Shown piece by piece: positions 55,421 through 64,000 of a stretch of 64,000 bases of DNA. Each line of letters opens with the position of its first letter. Position 1 is the stretch's first letter. The DNA is from a virus (taxonomy: Duplodnaviria; Caudoviricetes): the IMG/VR virus record IMGVR_UViG_3300042935_001404; one strand, given 5' to 3'. The notes under the pieces are model-generated. The model saw nothing but the letters and a program-made list of their open reading frames with translations. It did no database searches and was not told the origin of the DNA. Both the position numbers and the translations under genes were made by a program.

Positions 55421-56919
55421 TATCCCTCCCACACTTCGATATTTTCTTTGTACTTGTCGATGATAATTTTTAAATGATCATCCCCTTTCCACAAAGGATA
55501 ACCTAGTTTAACCACGTGCTCTTGAAGTATTACTCGTCTGCGCACACGCTCTTTATAGTCTAATTCAGGTGTTTCGGTGCACATCCAGTTAATACTTTGC
55601 GGACGTTGTTCTTTAAGACCTACTAAATTGTATTTCTCATAGTTGTTGTAAATTTCAGTTCCGGGCTCAATTGTGGCAGTGGTGCCTAAGTTAATTCCAA
55701 TTATACTACCAGATGCTACAAAACGTTGCCATTTGGTTAACATGTTTAATGTATTGTCAAAATCTTCCAGGGTCTCTCCAGGCAGACCAGAAATTAACAT
55801 AAAGTAAAACTTCATTTTGTATTTGGTCAGTTGTTCAAGATTGAACTCTAAATCCAAATTGGTAAACCCCTTGCGCATTTTTTTACGTAATCTATCACTG
55901 CCAGTTTCTACGCCAGTGACCAAGGTATTTCCTCCTGCCCTCCAAAACTTATGAAATTTGTTTTCGTCAAATTGCCGCATTGACCTAATGATCCAATACC
56001 CACTGATCGAAAAATATCTATCTGGCAGATTTTTTTGTTTGTAGTACTTGAGGATGGTATCTAAAAATTCATCAAAGTCTTGTAAATCTCCGTTGATTAA
56101 ATCATCATGAAAATAAAAATGTTGTACTTTGTAACGTTCGTAGTAATGTATCATTTCCTGCCCTAGCAGAGACCCCTGTCGTGCCCGGTAGGACCCGTGC
56201 TCGGAACTCATCTCACAAAAAATACAACTCCGTACACAACCTCGGCAGCTTTCTATTGGTAATACTCCCCCGAGATATCCATTTTGATATGATTCGATGT
56301 CTAAATCACTATAGTCTGCAAACGGAATCAAGTTTGCATCCGTTAGCGGCGTTGGACTTGAGTTATTCAGACCCGGAAGGTTACGTTCACCTGCTAAAAA
56401 TTTCGGAAACGTATTTTCAGTCTCACCCTTGAGATAATAGTCAATTAGACCTGCTGACAGCAAAGATTCGGCATATGTAGCAACTGGGGCCCAATGCGAA
56501 CTCATATTTTGACTTCTGACTAATCCTTGCCCACCTACTATGATTGTACCATTATACACTGGACGTATTTTGTTTAACAAATCTGAAACAAATCTCTGAC
56601 ATTGCCAACTGAAAACGCTAATACACAATACCGTAGGGCGGTGTTTCAGTACGGTATTGACCCATTGGTCAATCCAGGTTTGATAAACTATAGAAGTCTC
56701 GGGCGATAATATTTTATCAAACAACACAAAATAATCATCAATTTCTTTAGCAGCTTGCCCGTGAGTTTTTACAAAGTTAATAAAAAAATCTTTGTTGATA
56801 TCCAACACACGGCTAGTTTTGCCAGTTTGATTACATAAAGATTTGAGAATGCCTGGCGCAGATTGTGGACGAACCGGCGCGATCCTTGGGACACTTAGAA
56901 TTATTACATCATATATCAT
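55420..56919 (-). CDS. B12-binding-domain radical SAM (class B methyltransferase-like)
   Basis: VLCISVFSWQ...IIVGGQG cobalamin-like domain; RGCVRSCIFC; GVETGSDRLRKKMRKG; ISGLPGETLEDF. Confidence 0.8.
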   Translation of the reverse strand: MIYDVIILSVPRIAPVRPQSAPGILKSLCNQTGKTSRVLDINKDFFINFVKTHGQAAKEIDDYFVLFDKILSPETSIVYQTWIDQWVNTVLKHRPTVLCISVFSWQCQRFVSDLLNKIRPVYNGTIIVGGQGLVRSQNMSSHWAPVATYAESLLSAGLIDYYLKGETENTFPKFLAGERNLPGLNNSSPTPLTDANLIPFADYSDLDIESYQNGYLGGVLPIESCRGCVRSCIFCEMSSEHGSYRARQGSLLGQEMIHYYERYKVQHFYFHDDLINGDLQDFDEFLDTILKYYKQKNLPDRYFSISGYWIIRSMRQFDENKFHKFWRAGGNTLVTGVETGSDRLRKKMRKGFTNLDLEFNLEQLTKYKMKFYFMLISGLPGETLEDFDNTLNMLTKWQRFVASGSIIGINLGTTATIEPGTEIYNNYEKYNLVGLKEQRPQSINWMCTETPELDYKERVRRRVILQEHVVKLGYPLWKGDDHLKIIIDKYKENIEVWEG

Positions 56920-57836
56920 TTTAGTTGTTCTTCTATTTTCCATTGCTTGCTAAAACTTGTTCCGTTTGTGTCTTGACTACATGTTGAACGACAAATTCTA
57001 TGCGGGGATTTGTGCCAACTTGGCACTAATTTTTGATTCCAATCGGTGAGCAAGTATTTTGCTTGACTATCTAATGTAAACACTTCAGCACCAAACCAAC
57101 AACATGGCAATAAACTACCATCGGCTGCGACGTAAACACTCTGCTCATTGAGAGCATGGCAACTAATCTGTGTATTTAACGTACTAACGTTGGGTAAGTT
57201 ATATCCGTTTGGTGGATTCAAAAACTCAACTGGAGTACTTTGGAATCGCTTACTGACTTTGGCTCTAAACCAATTAAATCCCATGCTCTGGGCCAGATGT
57301 TGAGCAGCGTCTACTTGATGCTGATTGTGCTCGTATACTAACATATCCCAGTGCGCTGATCCACCAGCGTCAATAAACGCCTGTGCATTCTCTATAATTT
57401 TAGACCAGTGAGTATTACGTCTGTAGATATTATTAGTGTCTTCCAGTCCATCTATACTAAAAACAACATAGTCATATGTTTGATTAAAAAGTTGTGCTAG
57501 TTCTCGCCACCATGCAGGAGTGCGAATACTACCATTGGTATTCATGCCTAATACGATTGTTGGGTTGTGCTGTCTAAAATATTTGTAAATTTCAACAATA
57601 TCTTGTGCCGCTGCTGGTTCACCAAAGTTGCCACACATGAACATTTTTTCCAATGTAGGAATGTGCTCAACTGGCCATAATTGATGTATGTTTTCTAATC
57701 TAATCTCACTACGATGAATTGAATCCTGATAGAATGCAGAATTCTCGCGACCGCATTGAGGGCAACTGGCATTACACACGGTAGTAGGTTCAATGTGCAA
57801 CACACGAACTTGTTCTAGATCAAACTGTTTCAACAT
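56916..57836 (-). CDS. Radical SAM/Twitch protein (paralogue of the N-terminal part of 53191-54897)
   Basis: CNASCPQC, CGNFGEP, TNGS and FSIDGL; C...LLPCCW...CRSTC. Confidence 0.85.
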   Translation of the reverse strand: MLKQFDLEQVRVLHIEPTTVCNASCPQCGRENSAFYQDSIHRSEIRLENIHQLWPVEHIPTLEKMFMCGNFGEPAAAQDIVEIYKYFRQHNPTIVLGMNTNGSIRTPAWWRELAQLFNQTYDYVVFSIDGLEDTNNIYRRNTHWSKIIENAQAFIDAGGSAHWDMLVYEHNQHQVDAAQHLAQSMGFNWFRAKVSKRFQSTPVEFLNPPNGYNLPNVSTLNTQISCHALNEQSVYVAADGSLLPCCWFGAEVFTLDSQAKYLLTDWNQKLVPSWHKSPHRICRSTCSQDTNGTSFSKQWKIEEQLK

Positions 57837-59901
57837 CTGTATTATAACTGGTAAACCCGTTTTCTTTAACAACTTTGAGAATGTTCTCTACACGACCAGC
57901 AAGTTCGTCTCTATGCGATACCAGCCATATACTCTTGCAACGTTCTCGGCTCATTTTCTTAAGCAATGCCAGGGCATTTTCCACACCTTGTGTGTCTAGG
58001 CCGTTGTCAATCAGCTCGTCAATGAACAACAAGTTGATTGGTGAGTACAAACTTTCCCATACATCACGGAACGCCCAACTCATTGATAGGATCAATCGGT
58101 TACGTTCACCACGCGATAAGTTATCAAAGTCTAGTTCACGACCCAGTTCTTCAATCATCACACTCAAATCGTTTTGGAACTTCACAGTATGTGGCAACCC
58201 AATACGATCCAAGTAGTGTGTGAGTCGTGCGTTCAGATAACTCAAGTTTTGATCAATAATCTTCTTGCGTACAAAACTATCTTTACTTGTTAATAGTTTG
58301 AGCAAGAAGTCTTGATGTTCTTGTAGTCTTGTGAGATCGTTAAGTGTATCGTAGCTGACAGTTTGCAGGGCTTGTTGTTGCATTTCTGTAATCTGTTCAG
58401 TGTAAGGATCCCGTTCTTCGCCTTTGGTAGCAATTTGTGTCAGTAACGTGTTCATACGACTGCGGTGATCAACAGCCTGTGCTTCTGTATCGTAGTGTGT
58501 GATAGGTTGTGTGCCAACTTCTACCGGTGTGTGCTCTGCCAGTTGTTCGGCATAAGGATCTATTTCCGCATGTTTTGCATCAATCTTGTGCTGAATGTTT
58601 TCTAGTTCACTTGAGTGACGAATAGCTTCTGTTTCTGTTTGGTAGTGTGTGGTAGGTTTAGTGCCCAACACACCCAGTGCTTGCAATGCATCTGTATTTT
58701 CCATCCATTGACTATTAGTACTCAAAGCCTGCAGTGCGGCTTCTTGTAGGGCTTTCTCTTTTGTTGCCAACACCGTTTCGTGCGTGGCGTCGTGGAAGTC
58801 TTGACCACATGCATAACACTTGTGATTTTTTAGTTCTTCAATTTCAATTTTGAGTTTATCAACGGCTTTTTGTTCTTTTGCCTCATCGGCAACGCACCTA
58901 GCAATCAGTTTTTCAAGATCCACAATGTCCTTGGCTTGTTGTGTATAAGCGGCCAAGTTCACATGTGCTTGTAGTTCTGCTGTGATATCAATATGACTGA
59001 GATTGTTATAAGTTAGTTCCAACTCGCCAATGTCTTTGTGTTGTTTTTGTCGCCAAGCAGTTTGTCGACCAACAAGTGCAGTATACGCATCTTGTTGTTG
59101 TTTCCTTGTGGTCCACACAGATAGATCTTTGTGAGCCAGCAGTTCCACTTCAATGTCAATTTTTGCTAGATCATCATACTGGGCAACTAGATATGCCACA
59201 TCACTGTCGTACTTTTTCTGCCAAAGCACTTGCCTGCGTTTCAAACTTTCAATCTGTTCTTCAATGCGCTTGTTGGCTTCTTGCTCAGCACGGATACGAA
59301 ATTCTTCTTGTGAGATGCTGTCTTTGGTCTGCCGGTTGAGTTCTTTGATAGCGTCTGCACGTTCTGAAAGCAAGGTAATACCCAACAACTGCTCGATGAT
59401 GTTGCGTTGGTCATTGGCTTTTAAACTCAAGAACGGTTCGGTATAGGTATTCAATGCCAGCACATGTTTGAACATGTCGTGACTCATGTTCATCACACGT
59501 TCGATGGCATCTTGAGTTTCTCGACTGTCGCCTTGCGCTTCGTCGGTGACCACTTGTGCTTCATTGTTGACATAGAATCGCAACACATTTGGTTTTCGTC
59601 CACGTTCAATCTTGTACTCCTGTCCGTTGACCACAAAGTCTAAACTGACCAACATGCCTTTGCCATTGGTCTTGTTTACAAGATTGTCCTTGCGAATATT
59701 ACTTAATGCGTTGCCATACAAGGCATAACTCAAGGCATTGATGATTGTGGTTTTGCCAGTACCATTGCGTGATCCGTCACCGCCCAGGTCTAGATTTTCT
59801 CCCAACACCAAGGTAAGGTCGTTGCGATCAAACCCAATGCCTTGTGTGGCATTGCCCACACTCATAAAGTTTTTAACAGTTAAATTTTTAAATTTTATCA
59901 T
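57820..59901 (-). CDS. Recombination ATPase SbcC/Rad50 (T4 gp46-like)
   Basis: Walker A NGTGKTT, zinc hook CYAC, signature LSRGE, Walker B LLFIDE, H-loop SHR. Confidence 0.95.
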   Translation of the reverse strand: MIKFKNLTVKNFMSVGNATQGIGFDRNDLTLVLGENLDLGGDGSRNGTGKTTIINALSYALYGNALSNIRKDNLVNKTNGKGMLVSLDFVVNGQEYKIERGRKPNVLRFYVNNEAQVVTDEAQGDSRETQDAIERVMNMSHDMFKHVLALNTYTEPFLSLKANDQRNIIEQLLGITLLSERADAIKELNRQTKDSISQEEFRIRAEQEANKRIEEQIESLKRRQVLWQKKYDSDVAYLVAQYDDLAKIDIEVELLAHKDLSVWTTRKQQQDAYTALVGRQTAWRQKQHKDIGELELTYNNLSHIDITAELQAHVNLAAYTQQAKDIVDLEKLIARCVADEAKEQKAVDKLKIEIEELKNHKCYACGQDFHDATHETVLATKEKALQEAALQALSTNSQWMENTDALQALGVLGTKPTTHYQTETEAIRHSSELENIQHKIDAKHAEIDPYAEQLAEHTPVEVGTQPITHYDTEAQAVDHRSRMNTLLTQIATKGEERDPYTEQITEMQQQALQTVSYDTLNDLTRLQEHQDFLLKLLTSKDSFVRKKIIDQNLSYLNARLTHYLDRIGLPHTVKFQNDLSVMIEELGRELDFDNLSRGERNRLILSMSWAFRDVWESLYSPINLLFIDELIDNGLDTQGVENALALLKKMSRERCKSIWLVSHRDELAGRVENILKVVKENGFTSYNTDVETV

Positions 59902-60640
59902 TCCGTGTCTTTATTGCTTCTTGATAATGACGATACAGCATGTTTTCTACTGCATCAATTTCTCTACTGTTACGCCAAGTCAACTCGATACTGGGCATAA
60001 CATACTGTTTGATAAAATCAAACGCTACCAACGGCGTAGGTTGTACAATACCTAAATCTAAATCAGAATATTTACTTTTACGTTTAAAGTCACTCATGCC
60101 CTTTAACGGCTCGTGACAAATCCAATTTGCATCAATTTCAAGATATTCGCTATTGTCGACAAGCATAAATCGATAATCAATGCTGTGCTGTTCAAGTAGT
60201 AGTTTAGCATACTCAACATAATGTTGCGACCTTAGTTGGTGTTGATCAACCGAAATATATTGATGATGATATTTCTGTACCTCATCGGTAGTGGATGCAC
60301 TACTGATCCAGAACTTATATTTACCGCAACTGACTACATTATCTTTATACATAGGATCACTGGCAATAACGTCGTTCCAGAATACTGGATTGTTATGAGC
60401 AAGAACTAAATCTAATCTATTTGGCTGAGCCCATTGTATTATTACCACATCGGCAGAATTGATATTTTGCTTTAGTTGATTAACAATAAACTCGTTTCCG
60501 GCACCATATCTGCTGTAGTTGTTGAGCTCTAGTTCCTTGGTCATCAACTTGATGATTTCGGGCCATTTCCAATATTTTGGATACCAGCCAGGAACAGCAA
60601 TACTATCCCCATACCCATCTGCTAATGTCAATAATCTCAT
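59888..60640 (-). CDS. Degenerate SGNH-like protein
   Basis: LTLADGYGD, NNYSRYGAGN and VIIQWAQPNR follow the same block layout as the other two SGNH-like genes. Confidence 0.4.
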   Translation of the reverse strand: MRLLTLADGYGDSIAVPGWYPKYWKWPEIIKLMTKELELNNYSRYGAGNEFIVNQLKQNINSADVVIIQWAQPNRLDLVLAHNNPVFWNDVIASDPMYKDNVVSCGKYKFWISSASTTDEVQKYHHQYISVDQHQLRSQHYVEYAKLLLEQHSIDYRFMLVDNSEYLEIDANWICHEPLKGMSDFKRKSKYSDLDLGIVQPTPLVAFDFIKQYVMPSIELTWRNSREIDAVENMLYRHYQEAIKTRNDKI

Positions 60641-61437
60641 GCAATTATATTCTGAATTTGGTCTGTATTGGTAAAAAAGTCAGCAAAATCGTTGTGTGGT
60701 ATTTCAATGTTGTACTTTAACCAAATGTAGTAATATACTACGGCTTGAGTCCAGATATCTGTAATATCTGTTAGATCTTTGGATTGTTTAGCCAACACGT
60801 AAGATAGTACTGTATTTGCAGTTACCACGGGATCAATGTATTTGGCATTTGCCTTGCGCCACTCTGCCCACAAATTATGAAAATCGCCTGTTTTTACAAT
60901 AGAGTTTAATATAGTATGGCATTCTTCGTAGTCAACATATAATTCTGCTACATCAAGAGAATTTTCATCTGATTCGCGCCATGCAGATCGTAGTGGATGA
61001 TCACGCAGATATAAAAAATATTTTTCTCGATGTGCCCATGGCTCGTCAGTGTTCCACCCATCAATGGGCAACTGTTTTTTAATGCTACTCCTCATGGCTT
61101 TTTCAATCATGGTACGAGCAACCACTGGCCAACTGTATTTACAATAACAAATTTTGATAGTGACTGCACCCGGAAACTCAGATTTAAACAGATCTGATTC
61201 ATTATCAATTCCGTTGTCAACTAGAACACAGTAATTTTTATCATCAAGGAATTCTATTCCTCCGGGCCAACAATCCTTGGTATATTTAGGAGCAATTAGA
61301 TCTAGACTATGACTATCGCCAGTTGAAGAAAATCCCAATGATTTTTTTGGTCTCATAAAGTTGTTGCCATGCAATGTTAACACTGCATTAACAAAGTGAC
61401 CAAATCCTCCGCTAGGATACCAAACACAATAGATCAT
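60637..61437 (-). CDS. Hypothetical protein
   Basis: 266-aa ORF coupled to both neighbours by ATGA overlaps; N-terminal YPSGGFGHF. Confidence 0.6.
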   Translation of the reverse strand: MIYCVWYPSGGFGHFVNAVLTLHGNNFMRPKKSLGFSSTGDSHSLDLIAPKYTKDCWPGGIEFLDDKNYCVLVDNGIDNESDLFKSEFPGAVTIKICYCKYSWPVVARTMIEKAMRSSIKKQLPIDGWNTDEPWAHREKYFLYLRDHPLRSAWRESDENSLDVAELYVDYEECHTILNSIVKTGDFHNLWAEWRKANAKYIDPVVTANTVLSYVLAKQSKDLTDITDIWTQAVVYYYIWLKYNIEIPHNDFADFFTNTDQIQNIIA

Positions 61438-62450
61438 AGATTTTGATAGATCTTTAACAACAATTTTGGATCGTAAAATTCACTCTCAATATTTGTAAGT
61501 TGATCGGTAACAATTTGATCAACAGATTCAAACTTTACTTCTCCAGGTGCCATGTCTGTGTCGACACCAGAATTTTTATTTGGGATTAGAGCCATTTCTC
61601 TCAATTGATATTCTTTAATATAGGTTTCTTTGATGAAGTTGGCTTCTTCATAACTGATCTCAATGTCTAACTGCACTCGAACATGCATGTCTTTTGCTAG
61701 CACAATGGCAGCATTGTCGATAACCGAGCTCAGGCCTAGCACACGATAGCGTGGCTGCGCAGGCCAAGCATGATACACAGGATCCTGTCCCCACTCTAAC
61801 ACTGTCATGCCACGTTCGTCGTCTCCGGCATCAGCATAGTTGTGTGGAAAGCAGTTGCCAATGTAGGTAATGTTCTTTTTGGTCTGACGTTTGTGAAAGT
61901 GTCCGGTAAACACATGTTCAAAGTTGTTGAAGTCTTCTCTGCGGATCTCTCCGTGATCTGGCATCTCTACCATGGCATTCATCATGTATCCAGGCAGTTC
62001 AAAGTGCCCGAACATGTATTTGCCTGTTAGTTTTGGAATACGTTTATGGTCGTCGCCACACAGCCAAGGAGCAATGACCACATCACCAATGGTGGTCCAA
62101 TCATTGCATATTTCAATATTGGGGAGATGCTTGGCCCATTCCACACTTTGTATATCTCGTTTGTCGCGATAGTACAGGTCGTGATTGCCAGGAATAAAAT
62201 AAACACGTTCAAAGTTGTCATTCATGTGCTCCAGTGCTTGCAAACTGTAGTTTAGGGTGACAATGTTTAGGCTTGATCGATTGTTGTGCCAGTCGCCCAA
62301 GAACAAACAGGTTTCGCAACCTTCTTCTTTTGCTTTGGCAGTGGCCCACTTGACAAAAGCCAAACAGTCTTCGTTGTGCAGGGTGCTGTTTGACTTGAGT
62401 CCAAAGTGAATGTCGGTAAAGATTGCGGCTTTTTTAAATAGATTGGACAT
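61434..62450 (-). CDS. Recombination nuclease SbcD/Mre11 (T4 gp47-like)
   Basis: Metallophosphoesterase motifs DIHFG, GDWH, GNHD, GHFE and GHFH. Confidence 0.95.
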   Translation of the reverse strand: MSNLFKKAAIFTDIHFGLKSNSTLHNEDCLAFVKWATAKAKEEGCETCLFLGDWHNNRSSLNIVTLNYSLQALEHMNDNFERVYFIPGNHDLYYRDKRDIQSVEWAKHLPNIEICNDWTTIGDVVIAPWLCGDDHKRIPKLTGKYMFGHFELPGYMMNAMVEMPDHGEIRREDFNNFEHVFTGHFHKRQTKKNITYIGNCFPHNYADAGDDERGMTVLEWGQDPVYHAWPAQPRYRVLGLSSVIDNAAIVLAKDMHVRVQLDIEISYEEANFIKETYIKEYQLREMALIPNKNSGVDTDMAPGEVKFESVDQIVTDQLTNIESEFYDPKLLLKIYQNL

Positions 62451-62520
62451 AGTTATATAAGGTAATACCAACTATTATTGTACTACCTGTGTTGCTGAGA
62501 AACAACCGTTATGGCAAGAT

Positions 62521-63513
62521 TCAAACGGTATTGGCTGGGTTCGGGTCGGTCTCTGCCGCAGGCTTGTCAACAATGTAAGTGGTGATAGTGACTGGACCAC
62601 TCAAGGCGGCCATACTGGGCTTGGAAGCATTTTGTCGTGTCCAACTAGGGCTCAGTCCATTGATTTCTAAAATGTCATCACGAATGTTTTGACTTTTCTT
62701 TTCTAAATTAAGGATGCGAGTAAAGCTGTTAGTGATAGCGGCAGTATAATACGCAAAAGGGTTCTGCGATTTTGATTCATCAAACTGGAGTCCGATTTGA
62801 CTGAGTTGTAGCAAGGCCTGTCCTCGCATTTCTTCGTTGTAGGTGTATCCACGCCAATTACTCCTTGTAGCATATCTTTCGCACAGTTTCATAAACATGT
62901 GCGCCAACTTACGTGTCATGTCGCCGTGATCCTTGCTGAAGCAGCCGGTTTCTAAATCGCCCCGCCAATGACTACGGCCCACACAGAATCGTTCTTTGTT
63001 TTCGTCTAAGCGCCAGTGTTCAAATGGAGGAAAGTTCAGTCGCTGTCGCACCGGGTTCAACACCACGTCATCCAGCAGTTCGTCCAGGGAATCGTCAATG
63101 GGTTCGTCTTCAAACTCCAGCAGATCCTCAATTTTTTGTTTTTTCTTTTGTGCAGATTTTGGAATCTTTTTCTCGGCCATTGGGATATGATCCCAGCAAC
63201 TGATACGGAACACTAGGTCTGTATTGGGAATTTTAACAGGGTCCACAATGGTGCCTTCGCGCTTGAGTCGATCAGCACGATTGCGTCTAGCTTCGGCTAT
63301 GGTGCGTTGGTTAATTTTGTCCAAACTGGGCAAAATAATGTCGTACTGGCTGTCTACCGCAGGATCTACGTAGTAGCAGTAGGTGTTTTTACTGGCATGT
63401 ATCTCTTTGAGAATGTCTCTGTTGTTGAGATAGTTTACTTTTGGTGCAGTGGGGGTTGATGATATTGATTTTGACGGATCCAGGGTGGATGCCGTTCGTT
63501 TAGATGTTGCCAC
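62521..63513 (-). CDS. Late-transcription sigma factor (T4 gp55-like) with a long insertion
   Basis: YLNNRDIL.EIH; NWRGYTYNEEM...FDESKSQNPFAYYT....NSF.RIL..EK; GTG start with GAGGAG RBS. Confidence 0.85.
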   Translation of the reverse strand: MATSKRTASTLDPSKSISSTPTAPKVNYLNNRDILKEIHASKNTYCYYVDPAVDSQYDIILPSLDKINQRTIAEARRNRADRLKREGTIVDPVKIPNTDLVFRISCWDHIPMAEKKIPKSAQKKKQKIEDLLEFEDEPIDDSLDELLDDVVLNPVRQRLNFPPFEHWRLDENKERFCVGRSHWRGDLETGCFSKDHGDMTRKLAHMFMKLCERYATRSNWRGYTYNEEMRGQALLQLSQIGLQFDESKSQNPFAYYTAAITNSFTRILNLEKKSQNIRDDILEINGLSPSWTRQNASKPSMAALSGPVTITTYIVDKPAAETDPNPANTV

Positions 63514-63534
63514 AGGCAGTGTCTCCTCGTAATG

Positions 63535-63567
63535 TATTTATTATAACACTTTTTACTGCGTTGTCAA
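63535..63567 (-). promoter_or_regulatory. Overlapping early (sigma70) and late promoters for the gp55-like gene
   Basis: TTGACA-N16-TATAAT with extended -10 TG; the last T of TATAAT is the first base of TAAATA. Confidence 0.8.
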
Positions 63568-63624
63568 CCTTTATCATTATGTGGCCAGTTTATTTCTGCG
63601 ATAAATATTGTATAGGAAAAAGAT

Positions 63625-64000
63625 ATGGCAACTACCCCAGGTTACGATCCAAAAAAGGCAGCACTGTTTAATCAACTCCGTCAGGGAGGCGCGAGTGAAG
63701 ATGCCGCTGCCGCCCAAGCAGGAATCACTGACGCTCCCTTCGGCACCTATGCTGTTGGCGATAACGGCCAAATGGGAGCCGCTGTAGCCGGCGCCGGCAA
63801 AGTGGCTGGTGTTGATTTTGTAGCACCAACTGCGGCCGAAACTGCTGAAAGTGCTAGATTTAACCAAGGCTTGCAATCACCGGCTAATTTTGAACAGGTT
63901 GATTATGCTCTAGAAGCCAAAAATCCACCAAGCAAAGTAACCCCAATCAACTACACCACTGACAGTACAGAAACTGTGAGCGGTGGTGGTTCTACCAATA
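63625..64000 (+). CDS. Partial late structural protein (runs off the window edge)
   Basis: TAAATA at 63602-63607, AGGA RBS and ATG at 63625 (MATTPGYDPKKAALFNQLR...), open to the end. Confidence 0.7.
   Translation, partial: MATTPGYDPKKAALFNQLRQGGASEDAAAAQAGITDAPFGTYAVGDNGQMGAAVAGAGKVAGVDFVAPTAAETAESARFNQGLQSPANFEQVDYALEAKNPPSKVTPINYTTDSTETVSGGGSTN

Noticed and set aside
440-62450. Inteins or introns in terL, portal, MCP, gp46 or gp47
   Set aside because: Motif spacing is continuous, there are no Cys/Ser...His-Asn intein termini, and the endonuclease genes lie between rather than inside genes.
1-64000. Stop-codon reassignment (alternative genetic code)
   Set aside because: Core genes (terL, gp18, gp20, gp23, gp46, gp47) are full-length in the standard code, and TAA, TAG and TGA all terminate genes.

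Overview
This window is 64 kb of a large T4-like myovirus (jumbo-phage-like) genome in the standard genetic code, covering the virion morphogenesis region. It contains terminase (gp17), tail tube and sheath (gp19, gp18), neck and tail-terminator proteins (gp13, gp14, gp15), head completion (gp4), a block of long repeat-rich fibre proteins, and portal-core-protease-scaffold-major capsid (gp20, gp21, gp22, gp23). It also carries a tape-measure-like protein with a C-terminal M15 peptidase, a gp26-like hub chaperone, gp46/gp47 and a gp55-like late sigma factor. Interleaved with these core genes are four radical SAM enzymes (one fused to an SDR), three SGNH-like proteins, a TPR-glycosyltransferase, free-standing homing endonucleases and a small early-promoter island. 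The most notable observations are: (1) a ~320-nt densely structured non-coding element directly after a stand-alone GIY-YIG gene; (2) a coupled three-gene module containing an ATE/Bpt-like aminoacyl-transferase domain; (3) a probable -1 frameshift (T TTT TTC) joining the gp26-like gene to a start-less downstream ORF; (4) late promoters (TAAATA) 4-7 nt from start codons, implying leaderless mRNAs; (5) a late promoter inside an RBS-sequestering hairpin; (6) a cluster of capsid-targeted internal proteins. All family calls come from motif recognition by eye; no database search was run.
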